64,000 nt of DNA, from assembly GCA_041687695.1 (NCBI GenBank), contig JAWLBL010000025.1, positions 1 to 64,000 of the forward strand. The letters are read 5' to 3'. Shown here in pieces: positions 29,725 to 43,261 of the stretch (its first letter is position 1; each line of letters opens with the position of its first letter). This stretch comes from Myxococcota bacterium (GTDB lineage: Bacteria; Myxococcota_A; UBA9042; PHBI01; JAWLBL01). Both the position numbers and the translations under genes were made by a program. The notes under the pieces were generated by a model. That model did no database searches, was not told where the DNA came from, and saw only the letters and a program-made list of their open reading frames with translations.

Positions 29725-32700
29725 TCAGGCGACCGCCTCGGCCTCGTCGGAGTGGCGGGCGGCGGCCGGGATCGGGGTCAACCGGTGGCCGTCGTCGGAG
29801 GCCGGGTCGGCGTCCCGCGCGGCGGCCGGCGGCTGCTCGTCGTCGTCGTGGTCGTCCTCGGCCGCCGGGTTGCGCTGAAAGCCCAACAGCGCGCGTAGGT
29901 CCTCGATGATGACGTACAGCGACGGGACCAGCAGCAGGATGATGAAGGTCGAAAAGAGCACGCCGAAGCCCAGGCTGATGGCCATCGGGATGAGGAAGCG
30001 GGCCTGGAGGCTCGTCTCGAAGATCATGGGCATCAGGCCCAGGAACGTCGTCAGCGAGGTCAGCAGGATGGGGCGGAAGCGGCGGACGCCGGCCTCGGAC
30101 ACCGCGTCGAAGTCGGTCTTGCCCTCTTCGCGGCGCATGCGGTTGGCCGAGTCGACGAGGACGAGCGAGCCGTTCACGACCACGCCGGAGAGGGCGATGA
30201 TGCCCATCATGCTCATCAGCGACAGCTCGTAGCCCAGCAGCTTGTGGCCGACGATGGCGCCGATGATGCCGAAGGGGATGGCGATCATGACCACGATGGG
30301 CTGGATGTAGCTCTTGAAGGGGATGGCCAGCAGGGCGAAGATCACGAGCAGCGCCATCAGGTAGCTGCTCTTGAGGGCGTCGAAGGACTCCTTCTGGCTG
30401 CGTTGCTCGCCCTCGAGCGACCAGGTCAGGCCCGGGTACTCCTGGACCAGGGCGGGCAGGTGATCCTTCTGGACGGCGGCCAGGACCTGGTTGGCGTTGG
30501 CGACGCCGGGGATGACGTCGGCGGTGACGTTGAGGACGCGCCGGCCGTCGGTGCGCTTGATGCGCGTGTAGGCGCGGCCGCGCTCGATCTCGGCGGCGAC
30601 GCGGAACGGGACCTCGCCGCCCGCGGGCGTGCGCAGCATCAGCTGCTCGATGTCGTGCTCGCTGGCGCGCTCGTCCTGCGGCAGGCGCACCATCACGCGC
30701 AGCTCGTCGCGGCCGCGCTGCTGGCGGGAGGCCTCGGCGCCGAAGAAGGCGGCGCGGACCTGGCGGCTGACGTTGGCGGGGGTGAGGCCCAGGCTGTGGC
30801 CGGCCGGGGTGACGTTGAAGTCGAGCTGCGGCTTGCCGAGCTTGACGCCGTCGTCGATGTCGATGACGCCAGCGAAGTCGGTCAGGCGCTGCGCCATGTC
30901 GGCGGCGGCGCGTTCGAGGGTCGGGATGTCGCGGTGGCTCAGCTCGACGTCGATGGGCGAGCCGCCGCTGGGGCCGGTCGAGAAGGTGAAGGTGAGCGAC
31001 TCGATGCCGGGCAGCTCGCCGACCTTCTCGCGCCAGCGCTTGGCGAACTCGGCCGCCGTCACGTCGCGCTTGTCGATGGAGACCAGGAAGACCTGGACGC
31101 CGGCGAGGTGGCCGCCGTTGGTCCCGGCGACGGCGCCCGGGCCCTGACCGGCCGGGGACGATCCGACCGTGCTGTACAGGCCGCGGACGATGTCGTCACC
31201 GCCGGACTCGGCGATCACCTCGCGGGCCGCCTCGACCATGCGTTCCTGGACGGCCTCGGTCTCGGAGACCGGGCTGCCGAAGGGCAGCTCGAGCGAGGCC
31301 GTGACGAGATCCGACTCGATCTTCGGCATGAAGGTGAAGCCGACGTGGCCGCCCGCGACGAAGCCGCAGGTGCCGACGAGGACGGCGATGCTGAGCGCGA
31401 AGGTGAAGTAGCGCCAGCGGAGGGCGGCGAGCAGCACCGGCCGGTAGGTCTTCTGGATGAGCCAGTCGAGGGCGCCGCTGGAGAGGTTGCGTGCGCGGTC
31501 GGCGACCCAGAGCAGGGGGCCCAGGACGAGGCCGATGCCGCCGAAGACGAAGCCGAGCAGGCCGCCGACCGAGCCCTTGTGGGCGAGGTGGCTGGGCAGG
31601 ACGAAGAGCGACTCGACCAGCGAGATGGCGAGCACGGTGATGACGATGACCGGCGTGACGAAGAAGAACTTGCCCATGATGCCGGGCACGAAGAACAGCG
31701 GCGAGAAGGCGGCGACCGTGGTCAGGATGGAGAAGACGACCGGGGTGCCGACCTGGCGGGCGCCCTCGATGGCGGCGCGCATGCGGGGGACGCCGCGCTG
31801 GCGCATCTCGAAGATGTTCTCGCCGACGACGATGGCGTCGTCGACGACCATGCCCAGGGTCACGATGAAGGCGAACAGGCTGATCATGTTGATGGACGCG
31901 CCGAACATAGGCATCAGGAGCAGCGCGCCGAAGAACGAGATCGGGATGCCCAGGGTGACCCAGAAGGCCAGGCGCACCTCGAGCAGCAGCCCGAGGCAGA
32001 TGAGGACCAGGATGAGCCCCGTGTGGGCGTTGCGCAGCAGCAGATCGATGCGGTCTTCGAGGATCTCGGAGGTGTCGTTCCAGATGGCGAGCCCGACGCC
32101 CGGGGGCAGCTCGGCGCCGGCGATGTACTCCTTGACCGTCGTGGCGATGCTCGTGGGCGTCTCGTCGCCGACCCGGTAGACGTTGATCATCAGCGCCCGC
32201 TTGCCGTCGAAGTAGGCGGACTGATCGGTGTCCTGGAAGCCGTCGGTGATGGTCGCGATCTCGCCGAGGCGCAGCTTGGGGCCCGCGGCGTCGCTGAGGA
32301 TGGGGATGTCGGCGAACTCGGCGCCGCGCTCGCGCCGCTCGGCCGCGCGGACGAGCACCTCGCCGGACGTCGTCTTGACGCCGCCGGCGGGCAGCTCGAC
32401 CGACACGGCGGCGATGCGCTCGGCGATGGTCGGCAGCGTCAGCCCGTAGGTGCGCAGGGTCGCCTGCGCGACCTCGACGGCGATCTCGACCGGGCGGACC
32501 CCGGTGATGTCGACCTGGGTGATCTCGGGCTTGTCGAGGAGGTCCTCGCGCACCTGCTCGCCGATGTCGCGCAGGACGCGCTCGGGGACGTCGCCGTAGA
32601 CCACCATCGAGATGACCTGCCGACGCATCGTCGCCAGGCTGACGACGGGTTTTTCGGCGTCGCGCGGGAAGAGCGTGATGCGGTCGACGGCGTTCTTGAC

Positions 32701-33066
32701 GTCGGTCGCCACCTTGTCGGGGTCGGCCCCCGACAGGACCTCGAGCGTGACGCTGCCGACGCCCTCGAGGGCGTAGCCGGTGACGCGCTTGACGCCGTCG
32801 AGGCCGCGGACGGCCTCCTCGACCGGCTGGACGATGCCGCGCTCGACGTCCGAAGGGCTCGCGCCTGGGTAGGGGACGGAGATGTTGACGAAGTCGAGCT
32901 CGAACTCGGGGAACACCTCTTGCTTGACGCGCGAGCCCATGATGGCGCCGCCGACCAGCAAGACGAACATGAGCAGGTTGGCGGCGACCGGGTTGCGCGC
33001 CATCCAGGCGATGGCGCCGCGCTTGAGGTCGCTGGCGGTGGGCGCGGCTTGGTTGGGATCGCTCAT
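29725..33066 (-). CDS. RND efflux permease (AcrB/AcrD/AcrF family)
   Basis: YPGASP, GMVVDDAIVVGENI, RFRPILLTSLTT; two TM blocks; ATGA overlap with adaptor gene. Confidence 0.95.
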   Translation of the reverse strand: MSDPNQAAPTASDLKRGAIAWMARNPVAANLLMFVLLVGGAIMGSRVKQEVFPEFELDFVNISVPYPGASPSDVERGIVQPVEEAVRGLDGVKRVTGYALEGVGSVTLEVLSGADPDKVATDVKNAVDRITLFPRDAEKPVVSLATMRRQVISMVVYGDVPERVLRDIGEQVREDLLDKPEITQVDITGVRPVEIAVEVAQATLRTYGLTLPTIAERIAAVSVELPAGGVKTTSGEVLVRAAERRERGAEFADIPILSDAAGPKLRLGEIATITDGFQDTDQSAYFDGKRALMINVYRVGDETPTSIATTVKEYIAGAELPPGVGLAIWNDTSEILEDRIDLLLRNAHTGLILVLICLGLLLEVRLAFWVTLGIPISFFGALLLMPMFGASINMISLFAFIVTLGMVVDDAIVVGENIFEMRQRGVPRMRAAIEGARQVGTPVVFSILTTVAAFSPLFFVPGIMGKFFFVTPVIVITVLAISLVESLFVLPSHLAHKGSVGGLLGFVFGGIGLVLGPLLWVADRARNLSSGALDWLIQKTYRPVLLAALRWRYFTFALSIAVLVGTCGFVAGGHVGFTFMPKIESDLVTASLELPFGSPVSETEAVQERMVEAAREVIAESGGDDIVRGLYSTVGSSPAGQGPGAVAGTNGGHLAGVQVFLVSIDKRDVTAAEFAKRWREKVGELPGIESLTFTFSTGPSGGSPIDVELSHRDIPTLERAAADMAQRLTDFAGVIDIDDGVKLGKPQLDFNVTPAGHSLGLTPANVSRQVRAAFFGAEASRQQRGRDELRVMVRLPQDERASEHDIEQLMLRTPAGGEVPFRVAAEIERGRAYTRIKRTDGRRVLNVTADVIPGVANANQVLAAVQKDHLPALVQEYPGLTWSLEGEQRSQKESFDALKSSYLMALLVIFALLAIPFKSYIQPIVVMIAIPFGIIGAIVGHKLLGYELSLMSMMGIIALSGVVVNGSLVLVDSANRMRREEGKTDFDAVSEAGVRRFRPILLTSLTTFLGLMPMIFETSLQARFLIPMAISLGFGVLFSTFIILLLVPSLYVIIEDLRALLGFQRNPAAEDDHDDDEQPPAAARDADPASDDGHRLTPIPAAARHSDEAEAVA

Positions 33067-34349
33067 GGGGCGGCCTCGCTCGAGGGCTTGGCGGCGGTGG
33101 CCGGCGCGGCGACGGCGCTCGGCGCTTCGGTCGGCGCGGCGTCGGCGGCGCTGGTCGGTCCGGTGCGCAGCGCCATCCCGGCGACCGGCGTGCCGATGCG
33201 GCTCACCACGAGGCGCTCGCCGGCCGTGACGCCGGCGCGGACGAAGACGTGGTCGCTCGTACGCCAGACGATGTCGACGTCGCGGATCTCGAGCTTGTCG
33301 CCTTCGCCCATGACCCACACCTTGCCGCCCTCGCGCAGGGCGTTGCGCGGCACGGGGACGACCTGCTCGAGGGCCGAGCCCTCGATGCCGACCTCGACGT
33401 AGGCGCCGAGGAGCAGCGGGAGCGGTTCGGAGCCCTCGACGGCGACGACGTCCAGGGGCTTGTCGACCGCGACGAGCAGCCGCGCCATCTTGCCCATCGG
33501 GTCCAGCTCGCCGACCAGCCCCACGACCCGCCCGCTGCGGACGACGCTGCGCCCGCCGCCGAGGCTCTGGGCCACCCGGGCGGTGCTCCCCTCGCCAGCG
33601 GCCGCGTTGACGCCCGGGATGGCCAGCCACCGCAGCTCGTCCATCGCCACCGCGACCTGCACGTGGAACTCGTCGGTGGCGATGAGGGTCAGGAGGCGGC
33701 TCGCCGGCCCGACGACCAGGCCGTTCTCGACCGTCTCCTCTTTGACGACGGCGTTGAAGGGGGCCTTGATGACCGTGCGCTCGACGTTGAGCCGCGCCCG
33801 CTCGAGCCCGCTCCGCGCCGACGCCAGCGCCACCTGGCGCGCCTTGAGGTGCGGCTTGCGCAGGGCCAACGCGCGGCCCTCGTCGGTCGCGCCGTCCCCG
33901 GTCAGCTGCTCGCTCTCGAGCAGCTTCCACTCGCGCTCGGCGATGGTGGTGCGCCCTCGCTCGACCTGCAGCTCGGCCATCGCGCTCGACACGTTGGCCT
34001 GCTGCTGGTCGACGGCGAGCTGGTAGTCGCGCGGGTCGATGCGCACCAGGGTGTCGCCGGCCGCGACGCGCCCGCCCACGATGAGCTGCGGGTGGTGCTC
34101 GAGGATGGCGCCCGAGACCTCGGGCTGGATCGTCACGGTGCGGGCCGGCACGACGGTGCCCATGCCGGTGACGCGCACGCGCTTCTGTTCGCTGACGGTG
34201 GCCGTGACCTCGACCAGCGTGGCCAGCGCCTTGGGTGGGGCCTTCTTGGCCTGGGGGCGCGCCTCGACGAAGGTCTTGGCCGCTAGGAAGCCACCGCCGA
34301 GGACCGCGAGGGCCAGGACGATCTGGAGGACGGTCTTGAAGATCTTCAA
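33063..34349 (-). CDS. RND periplasmic adaptor (membrane fusion protein)
   Basis: TTG start overlapping OMF stop; N-terminal TM, PEVSG, IDPRDY, IKAPFNAVV, VPRNAL. Confidence 0.9.
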   Translation of the reverse strand: MKIFKTVLQIVLALAVLGGGFLAAKTFVEARPQAKKAPPKALATLVEVTATVSEQKRVRVTGMGTVVPARTVTIQPEVSGAILEHHPQLIVGGRVAAGDTLVRIDPRDYQLAVDQQQANVSSAMAELQVERGRTTIAEREWKLLESEQLTGDGATDEGRALALRKPHLKARQVALASARSGLERARLNVERTVIKAPFNAVVKEETVENGLVVGPASRLLTLIATDEFHVQVAVAMDELRWLAIPGVNAAAGEGSTARVAQSLGGGRSVVRSGRVVGLVGELDPMGKMARLLVAVDKPLDVVAVEGSEPLPLLLGAYVEVGIEGSALEQVVPVPRNALREGGKVWVMGEGDKLEIRDVDIVWRTSDHVFVRAGVTAGERLVVSRIGTPVAGMALRTGPTSAADAAPTEAPSAVAAPATAAKPSSEAAP

Positions 34350-35818
34350 CGCGGTTCTCCGGAGGCCCGAGGAGCGGACGCGGTCGTGTCGGGCCGGCGC
34401 AGGTCGTCGGTCCAGCTGCCCCCGAGGGCGCGGTAGAGCTGGATGCGATAGGCGACCAGCTGGCGCTGGGCCGTGAGGCGGGTCACCTCGGCCTGCTGCA
34501 GGCTGCGCAGGCTGGTGAGGACGGTGAGGTAGTCGACCAGGCCCGTCGTGTAGCGGGCGCGGGCCTCTTCGAGGGTCGTGCGGGCCTGCTCGATCTGGAC
34601 GTCGAGCTCGGCGAGGTACTGCCGCTGCTGCTGCTCCTGGACCAGCGCGTCCTCGACCTCCTTGAGGCTGCGCAGCAGGGTCTGGCCGTAGACCTGGAGC
34701 AGCTCGTCGAGCACGGCGCGCTGGCGGTCGACCTCGGCGGCGCGGCGGCCGCCGTCGAGGAGCGGGGCGACCAGGTTGGCGCCGAGGTTCCAGACCCAGT
34801 TGGTGAAGATGTTCAGCGTGTCGCGGCCCTGGAAGCCGGTGCTGGCGCTCAGGCGCAGGGCCGGATAGCGGTCGGCGATGGCGGCGCCGACGCGGTGGTC
34901 GGCGGCGAGGATGCGGGCGTGGGCGGCGCGGACGTCGGGGCGGCGGCGCAGGAGATCGAGCGGGACGCCGGTCGGGGGCGGCGGCGGCAGCGCGGGGAGG
35001 GTGGCGTCCTGGACCACGACCGCGCCGGGCGGGCGGCCGGTGAGGATGGAGAGCTGGTTCTGCAGGACGGCGAGGCGCGCGTCGACCAGCGGGAGCTGGG
35101 CGCGGGTGGCGGTGACCTGCTGGCGCTGCTGCAGGACGTCGAGGGCGGTGGCCTGGCCCTGGCCGAAGCGCAGGCGCACCAGCTCGAGGTAGGTCTCGTT
35201 GAGCTGGAGCTGCTGCTCGAGGATGGCGCGCTGCAGGGACTGCTCGGCGGCGCCGGCCCAGGTCTCGGCGACCTGGGCGGCGATGGTCATGGCGGCGGCC
35301 TCGAGGTCCTCGCGGGTGGCGCGGGTCTCGAGGTCGGCGGCGCTCTCGAGCGAGCGGATGCGCCCCCACAGGTCCAGCTCGTACGAGGCGCTCAGGCTGA
35401 GCGGCGTGCTGATCCCCACGGTCTCGAACGTGTTGCCGCCGACCGGGAAGACCTGGCGGCTGGCGTTGGCGCCGAAGGAGGCGTCGACCTGCGGGCTGCG
35501 TGGGGCGCCGGCGATGCGGGCGGCGGCGCGGGCCTGGTCGAGACGGGCCCAGGCGCGGCGGAGGTCGAAGTTGCCTTGCAGGGCCTCGTCCACGAGGGTC
35601 GCGAGCTGCGGCGCGTCGAGGTCGTACCACCAGCGCTCGGGCAGGGGCGCCGGCGAGGGCGTGCGCTCGTCGTAGACGTAGTCGTCGGGCACCGCGAGCG
35701 GCGGCGGGCGGTCGCGCTCGACCTGGTGGACCGCGCAGGCGGGCAGGGCGAGCGCCACCAGCGCGCCGAGGGCCAGGGCGCGGGCGGTGCCGGGGTTGCG
35801 GTGTGAGGGCTCATTCAT
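34346..35818 (-). CDS. Outer membrane efflux lipoprotein (TolC/NodT family)
   Basis: Lipobox LPAC; ASYELDLWG, LLRRRPDVRAA, EVEDAL, LYRALGGSW. Confidence 0.93.
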   Translation of the reverse strand: MNEPSHRNPGTARALALGALVALALPACAVHQVERDRPPPLAVPDDYVYDERTPSPAPLPERWWYDLDAPQLATLVDEALQGNFDLRRAWARLDQARAAARIAGAPRSPQVDASFGANASRQVFPVGGNTFETVGISTPLSLSASYELDLWGRIRSLESAADLETRATREDLEAAAMTIAAQVAETWAGAAEQSLQRAILEQQLQLNETYLELVRLRFGQGQATALDVLQQRQQVTATRAQLPLVDARLAVLQNQLSILTGRPPGAVVVQDATLPALPPPPPTGVPLDLLRRRPDVRAAHARILAADHRVGAAIADRYPALRLSASTGFQGRDTLNIFTNWVWNLGANLVAPLLDGGRRAAEVDRQRAVLDELLQVYGQTLLRSLKEVEDALVQEQQQRQYLAELDVQIEQARTTLEEARARYTTGLVDYLTVLTSLRSLQQAEVTRLTAQRQLVAYRIQLYRALGGSWTDDLRRPDTTASAPRASGEPR

Positions 35819-35866
35819 CGGCGTGTCACACGGGGCCGCCGGATCGGCGGCGCGGCTGGGGCGCGT

Positions 35867-36460
35867 TCAGGGGGCGGGGCGGAGACCGGCGAGGAGGATG
35901 TCGACGACGCCGCGCACGAACGACTCGGCCTCGAGGGGGAGGTGCTCCTGCACGCCCAGCTGCTCGAGGAAGACGAAGTTGTGGAGCGAGCCCAGCAGCA
36001 TCCGGGCGGCGACCTGAGGATCGCCGCGGCGGAGTCGTCCGAGCTTCATCTCGGCGTCGAAGTAGTGGGTCAGCGTGCGCAGCAGCAGGACGGGCGGGGA
36101 GTCGGTGCGGCCCTTGAAGTGGGTGATGGGATCGAAGGCGGGGTGCGAGCAGAGCATGGTCACTCGCGGGACGACGAGGCGGAAGAACCCGAGGATCTCG
36201 GTGGCGACCTCGACGAGCTGCTCGTCGATGGTGCCCTGGCCGACGCGGCGCTCGAGGTTGCGCGCCGGCTCGAAGGAGGGCAGGCCCATCGCGGCGAGGA
36301 AGAGGTCCTCCTTGGTGGGGAAGCGCCGGAAGATCGAGCCTTCGGAGATGCCGGCTTCCTTGGCGATGGCGATCGTCGAGACGCCGTAGCCTTGATCGAG
36401 GAAGCACTTGCGGGCTGCGTCGAGGATGCGTTCGGTGCTGATGGAGCGAGGGCGAGCCAT
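35867..36460 (-). CDS. TetR/AcrR family transcriptional regulator
   Basis: MARPR..ILDAA, IAKEAGISEGSIFRRFPTKEDLF HTH; heads the efflux operon. Confidence 0.93.
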   Translation of the reverse strand: MARPRSISTERILDAARKCFLDQGYGVSTIAIAKEAGISEGSIFRRFPTKEDLFLAAMGLPSFEPARNLERRVGQGTIDEQLVEVATEILGFFRLVVPRVTMLCSHPAFDPITHFKGRTDSPPVLLLRTLTHYFDAEMKLGRLRRGDPQVAARMLLGSLHNFVFLEQLGVQEHLPLEAESFVRGVVDILLAGLRPAP

Positions 36461-36477
36461 AAGTGAGTGCTTACTTA
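36460..36477. promoter_or_regulatory. Probable TetR operator abutting the start codon
   Basis: TAAGTGAG-TG-CTTACTTA, 7/8 inverted repeat, AT-rich in GC-rich context. Confidence 0.7.
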
Positions 36478-36658
36478 CCAATGCGCCGAGGGCACGGCAA
36501 GGTAAAATCACCCATGGGAAGCGAGCCTCCGCTGGGACCGGCGCGAAGCCGCCACGGACGCGCAGGGCCGGGCCTGCGGGCGCGGTGGGGCGGGGTCGGG
36601 GGAGGTCGGGGGAGCGGCCGCGGCACGCGCGACGGCGGCGCCGGGAGACGGGCCCGGG

Positions 36659-37648
36659 TCAGAGCTGCTCGGCGCCAGGTGGCGCGGGTGGGCCACCGTC
36701 CTTGCGGCTCTTGAGCACCGACAGGGTGATGCCGACCGCCAGGATGCCGACGATGATGGCGAGCGACACCAGGTTGTCGAGCTTGATCCAGCCGTGGGCG
36801 ATCATCTTCAGGCCGACGAAGACCAGGATGAGGGCGAGCGCGATCGACAGGTACTTGAACTTGTCCATCATCCCGGCGAGCACGAAGTAGAGCGAGCGCA
36901 GGCCCAGGATGGCGAACACGTTCGACGTCAGGACCAGGAAGGGGTCGGTCGTGATGCCGAAGATCGCCGGGATGGAGTCGACGGCGAAGACGACGTCGGT
37001 CGCCTCGATGACGACCAGGACCAGCATCAGCGGAGTGAAATAGAAGCGCCCGTTGACACGCGTGGTGAAGCGGTGGCCGTCGTAGGCGCCGCTGATGGGC
37101 AGGAAGCGGCGCGCGACGCGCAGGACCCAGGACGACTCGGGGTCGGCCTCTTCGTCCTTGTGGAACAGCATCTTGGCGGCGGCGAAGATGAGGAAGGCGC
37201 CGAAGACGTAGAACACCCAGTCGAACTGCTCGACCAGCCAGACGCCGATGGCGATGAAGATGCCGCGGAAGATGAGGGCGCCCAGGATGCCCCAGAACAG
37301 GACGCGATGCTGGAACTCGGGCGGCACGCGGAAGTACCCGAAGATCATCGCGATGACGAAGATGTTGTCGATGCTGAGCGACTTCTCGACCAGGTAGCCC
37401 GTGAAGAACTCGAGGGCGGCCTCGCGGCCGTCGGCGGGATCGACGAGATCGGTGCCGGCGCCGAACCAGTGGGCCTCGTAGATGAAGTAGATCGCCACGT
37501 TGAAGGCGAGGGCCAGGGCGATCCAGAAGAGCGTCCAGCCGATGGCCTCGCGCATGCCGATGACGTGCGTCTTCCGGTTGAGCACCCCCAGGTCGAGGGC
37601 GAGCAGGAGGATGACGAGGACGAAGAAGCCGACCCACAGCCAAAGCAT
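36659..37648 (-). CDS. TerC/Alx family membrane protein
   Basis: LALDLG, EKSLSIDNIFV, QHRVLFWGILGA, DVVFAVDSIPAI, SNVFAILGLRSLYF. Confidence 0.94.
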   Translation of the reverse strand: MLWLWVGFFVLVILLLALDLGVLNRKTHVIGMREAIGWTLFWIALALAFNVAIYFIYEAHWFGAGTDLVDPADGREAALEFFTGYLVEKSLSIDNIFVIAMIFGYFRVPPEFQHRVLFWGILGALIFRGIFIAIGVWLVEQFDWVFYVFGAFLIFAAAKMLFHKDEEADPESSWVLRVARRFLPISGAYDGHRFTTRVNGRFYFTPLMLVLVVIEATDVVFAVDSIPAIFGITTDPFLVLTSNVFAILGLRSLYFVLAGMMDKFKYLSIALALILVFVGLKMIAHGWIKLDNLVSLAIIVGILAVGITLSVLKSRKDGGPPAPPGAEQL

Positions 37649-37825
37649 GGCGGGAAACTTCGTCGCGCTCGGGCGAAATGTCCAGCACAAGCCCAGGGCC
37701 AGGTGACAGTGGGCGCCGCGGCGCAGACGTGTGCGCCGCGGAATGGGCGCGGGGAGCGACGGGTTGGGGGTCGGAACCGCCAGGTCCGGGCGGCGGCCCG
37801 GCGCCGCGCCCCTACGCGAGGTGAC

Positions 37826-38554
37826 ATGCGCACGCTCACGAGCGATCGTATCCCCGAATCGAGCCCCGAGCCCATGGCCACCGAACCTCGCCCGGCGCCC
37901 AGCCCGGGCCACGTCGACGTGGGCGCTCGCGCGGCCAGCCGCGCGCGGGGGCTGCGGCGGCTCTCACGCACGCTGGTGGCGATCCTCACGGTCGTCCTCG
38001 GCATCCTCGCCGCGCGCAGCTCGCTCGCCGACCACTACACCATCCCGAGCGGGTCGATGCTGCCGACCATCAAGATCGGTGACCGGGTCGCGGTGAACAA
38101 GCTGGCCTATGGCCTGCGCGTGCCGTTCACCGACTGGGTGGTCGTCGGCGGCAGCGGCCCCGCGAGCGGCGACGTCATCATCCTGGAGTCGCCCGAGGAC
38201 GGGACGGTGCTCATCAAGCGGGTCGTGGCGGTGCCGGGAGACTTCGTCGCCGTCCGGGACGGCCAGGTGTTCCTCAACGGCCGCTTCGCCGCCATCGAGC
38301 GCGAGGCCGAGGGGCTCGTCGAGGCGCTGGGCTCGGCCCGCCACCCCGTCGACCTGGACTACGGCGGCGGCCCGGACTTCGGCCCCGTCGAGATTCCGCA
38401 GGGTCAGTATCTGGTCCTGGGCGACAACAGGGGCGAGAGTCGCGACGGCCGCATCTTCGGCCTGGTCCCACGGCGCGCCGTGCTGGGCAAGGCCATGGCC
38501 GTGTACTACCGGGACAGCGCCGATTGGCCGTCCCTCGTCTGGAAGGAGCTGTGA
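37826..38554 (+). CDS. lepB: Signal peptidase I (start may be 37874)
   Basis: One TM; IPSGSMLPT, IKRVVAVPGD, GDNRGESRDGR. Confidence 0.92.
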   Translation: MRTLTSDRIPESSPEPMATEPRPAPSPGHVDVGARAASRARGLRRLSRTLVAILTVVLGILAARSSLADHYTIPSGSMLPTIKIGDRVAVNKLAYGLRVPFTDWVVVGGSGPASGDVIILESPEDGTVLIKRVVAVPGDFVAVRDGQVFLNGRFAAIEREAEGLVEALGSARHPVDLDYGGGPDFGPVEIPQGQYLVLGDNRGESRDGRIFGLVPRRAVLGKAMAVYYRDSADWPSLVWKEL

Positions 38555-38555
38555 C

Positions 38556-39530
38556 GTGCAGCGCGCCGTGAGCGGCATCAAGCCGACCGGGACGCCCCAC
38601 CTGGGCAACCACCTGGGCATGATCGCGCCCGCCATTCGCCTGGGCGAGTCCTACGACACCAGCCTGTTCATCGCCGACTACCACGCGCTGACGACCCTGA
38701 AGGACGCCGACGCCATGCGACGGCATTCGCTGGGCATCGCCGCGTACTTCCTGGCCTTCGGCCTCGACCCCGAGCGCATCGCCCTGTACCGGCAGTCGGA
38801 CGTGCCCGAGGTGTGCGAGCTGGCGTGGCTTCTGTCGTGCGTCACCAACATGGGCCTGCTCGAGCGGGCGCACGCGTGGAAGGCGGCCAAGGACCGCGGC
38901 CAGCCGGGCAGCGAGGTCCATGGCCTGTTCGCCTACCCGGTCCTGATGGCGGCCGACATCCTGATGAGCGACGCCGACGTGGTGCCCGTCGGGCCCGACC
39001 AGGTGCAGCACGTCGAGATGACCCGCGACATGGCCGAGCGCTTCAACGCGACCTTCGGCGAGACCTTCCGCCTGCCGCGGGCCGTGCTGCGCGAGGGGAC
39101 GCCGTCCATCCCGGGCCTCGACGGGCGCAAGATGAGCAAGTCCTACGACAACACGCTGACGCTGGTCGCGGCGCCCAAGGCGCTGAAGAAGCAGGTCATG
39201 CAGATCGTGACGGACGCGACGCCGCTCGAGGACCCCAAGGATCCCGAGACCTGCAACGTCTTCGCGCTGTATCGGCAGATCGCCACGCCCGAGGAGATCG
39301 CCACCATGCGCGAGCGCTACCTGGCGGGCGGCTACGGGTACGGCCACGCGAAGCTGGCGCTGGTCGAGGCGCTCGAGCGCATGGCGGCGGGACCGCGCGA
39401 TCGCTACGCGGCCCTGCTGGCCGACGCCGAGCGGCTCGAGGGCATCCTGGCGCGCGGGGCCGAGCGGGTGCGGCCTACGGCGCGGGCGGTGGTGGCGCGG
39501 GCGCGGGCGGCGGTCGGCTTCCGGGCCTGA
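38556..39530 (+). CDS. trpS: Tryptophan--tRNA ligase
   Basis: GTG after AAGGAG; SGIKPTG.PHLGN, IADYHALT, YPVLMAADIL, VPVG.DQ, KMSKS. Confidence 0.95.
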   Translation: MQRAVSGIKPTGTPHLGNHLGMIAPAIRLGESYDTSLFIADYHALTTLKDADAMRRHSLGIAAYFLAFGLDPERIALYRQSDVPEVCELAWLLSCVTNMGLLERAHAWKAAKDRGQPGSEVHGLFAYPVLMAADILMSDADVVPVGPDQVQHVEMTRDMAERFNATFGETFRLPRAVLREGTPSIPGLDGRKMSKSYDNTLTLVAAPKALKKQVMQIVTDATPLEDPKDPETCNVFALYRQIATPEEIATMRERYLAGGYGYGHAKLALVEALERMAAGPRDRYAALLADAERLEGILARGAERVRPTARAVVARARAAVGFRA

Positions 39531-39547
39531 GGCGGCTCCCCGGACCG

Positions 39548-42817
<3,270 letters not shown>

Positions 42818-42860
42818 CGTCCTCTGCGAGGCGGCGCGACCGGGGCGCCGCCCGTTGGTT

Positions 42861-43181
42861 TCAGCGCGTTCCGACCCGCGGCAGGATGGGGCCGAGCGGC
42901 TCGGGATCGCCGTGGTTGACCCACCCTACCTTCTTGGTCCACTTGGCGGCGAACTCGTCGTAGGTCGCCTCGGGCACCGCGGGCGAGTGCCAGCCCTTGT
43001 GGACGTCGTACCAGGCCTCGCGATCGCTCGTGAGGGCGCGCTCGGTCAGCCCGCAGGTGTTGCAGAAGAACACGACGCCGCCCGGCACCTGCAGGCTCGT
43101 GAGGTAGATGACCTCGCGCTCGATGTCCTCACCCGAGCAGCGGGGGCACTGCCCCTCGTGGGCGAAGGCGGTCTCGGACAT
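42861..43181 (-). CDS. Small Zn-ribbon hypothetical protein
   Basis: GGAGG RBS; CPRC and CNTC; Trp-rich C-terminus. Confidence 0.7.
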   Translation of the reverse strand: MSETAFAHEGQCPRCSGEDIEREVIYLTSLQVPGGVVFFCNTCGLTERALTSDREAWYDVHKGWHSPAVPEATYDEFAAKWTKKVGWVNHGDPEPLGPILPRVGTR

Positions 43182-43261
43182 GGGTCCCTCCAGTCGGCCG
43201 ACGTTCCGAGCGTTGGAACCTGCCGTGATCGCGGGCTTCCGTCAAGCTCGACGCAGTGGCC

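Noticed and set aside
37649..37825. yybP-ykoY (Mn) riboswitch upstream of terC/alx
   Set aside because: Expected from context, but I could not find the GGGGAGTAG and CAAGACC-type conserved elements
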